A DNA stretch of 64,000 nt from Emiliania huxleyi CCMP1516 (lineage: Eukaryota): positions 977,331 to 1,041,330 of the forward strand of contig NW_005202428.1 in NCBI RefSeq assembly GCF_000372725.1, given 5' to 3'. This document shows positions 60,546 to 64,000 of the stretch, piece after piece. Position numbers and translations under genes: made by a program. Numbering within the stretch: position 1 is the first letter of the stretch; every line of letters begins with the position of its first letter. The notes beneath the pieces were generated by a model, which saw only the letters and a list, made by a program, of their open reading frames with translations, had not been told where the DNA came from and ran no database searches.

Positions 60546-61854
60546 GCGGCGCTGCTTCGCAAGCTGGCGGCTGCGAGTCGGAAGGCGCAGCCCTCCACGC
60601 GCTCGGACGTGGGGGGGAGGATGCGGGCAGCCTCGCCGCCGACGCTCGACTCCGGCGCGTCACTGCTCGACTCGTCGGGCGGATTCGGAGAGTCTGCGAC
60701 GGTGTGGGGAGCGGCGTCGGGTGCAGGGGTGTCCACGACACGTCCCTGACAAGTCGCGGGCATCTGCCGCAGGTCGTCGGGACGCGCCGGCTCGAAGGCA
60801 CAAGTAGAGAGCTGAGCGCGGGCGAGCAGCCGCGCCGCATGCTGGCGGCGGCTTCGCCTCCGTGGTCTGCTGAGAGTCTCCTGCACCGAGAGCAGGCGAG
60901 AAGCTGGACCGGATGCTCGTCGCGCTGGAGATGGAGGTGCCTGCGGGGACGCCGCTCTTCGCCAAGGTTGAGGCAGTCGAGCAGGCGCACACACCCGAGC
61001 AGCACCCGAGCTCGCCCCCGCATCGAGAGTCGCGAGAGATGCCGCTCAGTGCTCGCTACTCCCGAGTCCCACCGACGTTGAGCCCCCCTCTCACTGTGGT
61101 GCACTCTCTCCTGATACAGACAAAGGCACCACTCGGCTCTCTGTCGTAGGCTGCCGAGCTCGTCGTCGACAAGGAGAGAGATCCGCCTCTCTCTCTCCGC
61201 AAGGGGGGGTGATCTCCGTACCTCGGCTGCACCTCGACCAGATCTCGGCGTAGGAGATCGGCCTGCTCGCGCGTGTCGATGGGCTCTTCGAGGCGATGTT
61301 CGAGGTGCGCTTCGCGCGGCAGCGAGGGCCGCCCAGCGCTCTCCTTCAGCTCACCGTTCGTGTCTGTGTGACGTGCGCCCGAGGTGCATCTCGGCGAGGA
61401 GAAGGGGGACGGCTCGGCGTACGACGGCGCCTACCTGCCCCGCGAGCGGCTCTCTCGAGGCTGCACTCTCGGCCCGACCCCGCCCTATCTCCCGCTCCAG
61501 GCGCCTACCTGCCCCGCGAGCGGCTCGACCATGCGATGTACTCGCTCGGCGCACCCGTCGAGCCGCGCTCGAGTCGCTCGAGGCGGCGTGTGCCCCTCTC
61601 ACCGTGGACTCTCTCCCCCCCCAGGCATCGCGTGGGCGGCGTCCGAGTCGCTCGACCAAGACGTGCAGGTGTCTGCGAGGGGGCAAGAGCTCGACGAATC
61701 TCGGCGAATCTCGCATCAACTCTCGCGAACCTCGCGCTCTCAGGTTGTCGAGGAGGCGCTCGGCACCGAGAAGGGGCCCGGGACCAAGCTGGAGGAGCGG
61801 ATCGACGCCATCTGCACCGAACTCGGCTTGCCTGAGGGGGCGGACGAGGTCTGA
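60546..61854 (+). CDS. Hypothetical acidic protein built from many small exons; 5' end unresolved
   Basis: Chain of AG-bounded short exons, e.g. 60896, 61150, 61253, 61501, 61625, ending 61744-61854 VVEEALG..LPEGADEV*. Confidence 0.5.
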
Positions 61855-61903
61855 GCCTCTCGGGGCCCGTGCGGCTCCGAGGCTGCGGCTCTGAGCGCTT
61901 AAA

Positions 61904-61950
<47 letters not shown>

Positions 61951-62642
61951 GAGGCAGCCCCTGAGGTTTGCTCTCCACGCGCTGTCCGCCCGGCGCCAAC
62001 TTAGAGAGCGAGAGGTCGGTGGGGATACGCGCACTCGCGAGGTGTTCGCTGTGTCGCGCAGGGAAGGGCACCACGTGGGGTGGGGCGACGCCGCTCACGC
62101 GGGGGACTCTGCTCATGCCAAGCTGCAATAGATGTGAGAGGAGTCAGTCAGGCGCGGAGCGCCGCGCTGAAGCTTTTCTGTGTATTTTGTGAGAGCATTT
62201 TGAGCATTTTGTTGAGCTTGAAGCTGTGAACCGCGCGGCGGTTGTTCTTGTTGTGTTTGAGGAATGAGGGTTGAGGGCATTCGATTTGAGCGTTTTGTCT
62301 GTTCAGCTTATATCCGTATCACATATCAGCACACTCAGTCAGGACTCAGCTTACAGCTAGCTCTTGCGTCTTGGAACTGCAAGCTTGTTTTAATATTTAA
62401 AGCCGTACACGTCTCTGCGTGAGCTGCTGTGTGCACCGTAACCACTGAGAGGGCGACGGGCTGACTGGCAGTCGAGACTGGTGCGTGATTAGAGTATCCC
62501 TCCTCGTCCTCACACAATAACGGTCTCTCACAGTGAGTCCTGCCGGCTGTCGTGGGGGGTGCATGATCTTGGGTCGCGTGGGGGGATATGCGGGTTACCG
62601 GTAAGATGCATCCGGGATGCCTTTGGTTGTGTGAGCCTGTCT

Positions 62643-63720
62643 TCAAAACGTATCCGGGCTGCGGGCCGGCCCATCCGTGAGAGGCGACAAAATCGGGCCG
62701 CCCACAAGCCCACCAGTATTCCATGCGATCTCGCGGTTGGCGTCGATCGCCACCTTAGTCACCGAGGCCACCTCCCTAAAAAACGAGGTAGCCACCGCGG
62801 TGTTGGCCTTGATGGCCTCCTTAGCCACTGAGGCCATCTGGTTAACAGTGTTGTTGCTCAGCGAGGTGCCGCCGCTTATAGCCTGTGGGGAGCGGGTCAG
62901 GTCGAGTAGGGTGTGAGCTATGGGGCGGCGGACCGAGCGGTGAGGGGTGATTGTTAGGGCTCTGGCCAGGCACACCAAACCTGTCTCGCAACTGCAGTGC
63001 CTTCCTCGGTGAGACGGCGAAGGAGTAGTCGCGGTCTCGTGCAAGTTCGCACTCTTAAATAACTTCTCGAACGCCACGCGCCCCTCCTCCGCGATGGAGT
63101 CTTTCACCGAGGCGGGCGTTGCAGCTGCCGGCGCGAGAAAGCCTCCGGCCGGTGCCGGGGCTGGATCAGTGCTCTGCTGCAGCGCTTTTCTACAACGGCG
63201 AGTGAAGGTGCTATGCCATTCGTGGAAGTAGCAACCTCCACTGCCGCAGCAACAATAGCCCGCATCCGCCCCCTCGCGCGACGAGAAGCCCGCTGCTTCC
63301 GCCTCATGGCACGTCAAATCAGCCGCCTTGAACTCAGCACAGGTATATCCAGCGCGCCGCAGCTCAGTTGGCGAATAGCCTGCCACTCTCGCCTCGTGCA
63401 GCGAGTACCCCGCAGCCTTGAGCCCATCCACATAGCCCGCAGCCTTTGCATCTACGCATGTCATACCGCTCAGCTTCAGCGCTGTGTAGCCTGCCGCACC
63501 AGCCTCTGCACTTTCGTATCCGCCGCACTTAGCCTCAGCAATTGTGACCCCCATTGCCCGCATCTCTTTCAAGGACGGATGGCCTTGCTTACGAGCCTGA
63601 CCACAGGAGACGACTGCGGGCTGCGCCTGCAGCTGCTGCACCTGTAGCTGTAGCTGTCGCACCAGATTTACCAGCTCGGAATTCTGCGTCTCGAGCTCTT
63701 TGACAGGTCCGACATGCGTT
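62643..63720 (-). CDS. Coiled-coil protein with about 10-aa (E-L/A-K/R-A-A-G-Y) repeats; possibly spliced or degenerate
   Basis: Repeats such as DAKAAGY, GLKAAGY, EARVAGY, ELRRAGY; upstream frame change near 63720. Confidence 0.5.
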
Positions 63721-64000
63721 GCTGGGCGCCTGCACAGTGGCTTCCGCCGCATCCATGGAAGCCTGGACGCGGGATTCCAGCGAGTGCACTGCCTGCTTGG
63801 TTTCCGCCTCAAGACGATTGCACACTTCGCCAGTCTCATCCACGCGCGCCACCCAGCGCATGCCCAACGAGCAGCTCAAGCGACGGTCCATACGATGGGA
63901 CGCACGCGCAGTGCCTTAGTACGCTTATTTATTTTTCTGCCGCACCACTGTTTCCGGGTAGCGCCGGACGCTCCGCGGTACTATGACGCAGGTGACACTT

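Overview
GC-rich, intron-containing eukaryotic nuclear DNA. GC-donor introns, short tandem repeats inside introns, plastid-type presequences and AP2-repeat proteins suggest a haptophyte such as Emiliania/Gephyrocapsa; this is inference, not a database match. About 20 protein genes or fragments are supported. They include Cwc24/RNF113A, a sterol-glucosyltransferase-like GT1, a tetraspanin-like protein, a large chromo/AP2/Myb/PHD chromatin protein, SGNH-LamG, acyltransferase-3, a sulfotransferase-like protein, MATE, a broken NodB deacetylase, QSOX, a DUF938 methyltransferase, an ABCB half-transporter and several Pro/Cys-rich surface proteins. Intergenic DNA holds 5'-truncated non-LTR retroelement ends from four families (called A-D here), many with target-site duplications (TSDs) and nested into each other. 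There are also four kinds of TIR non-autonomous DNA elements. Two patterns stand out. (1) Many introns begin with a near-copy of the start of the downstream exon. (2) Retro-families A and B repeatedly flank the same short motif, and B and C insert at the same point in the 3' end of A. All exon models were read by eye and are provisional.
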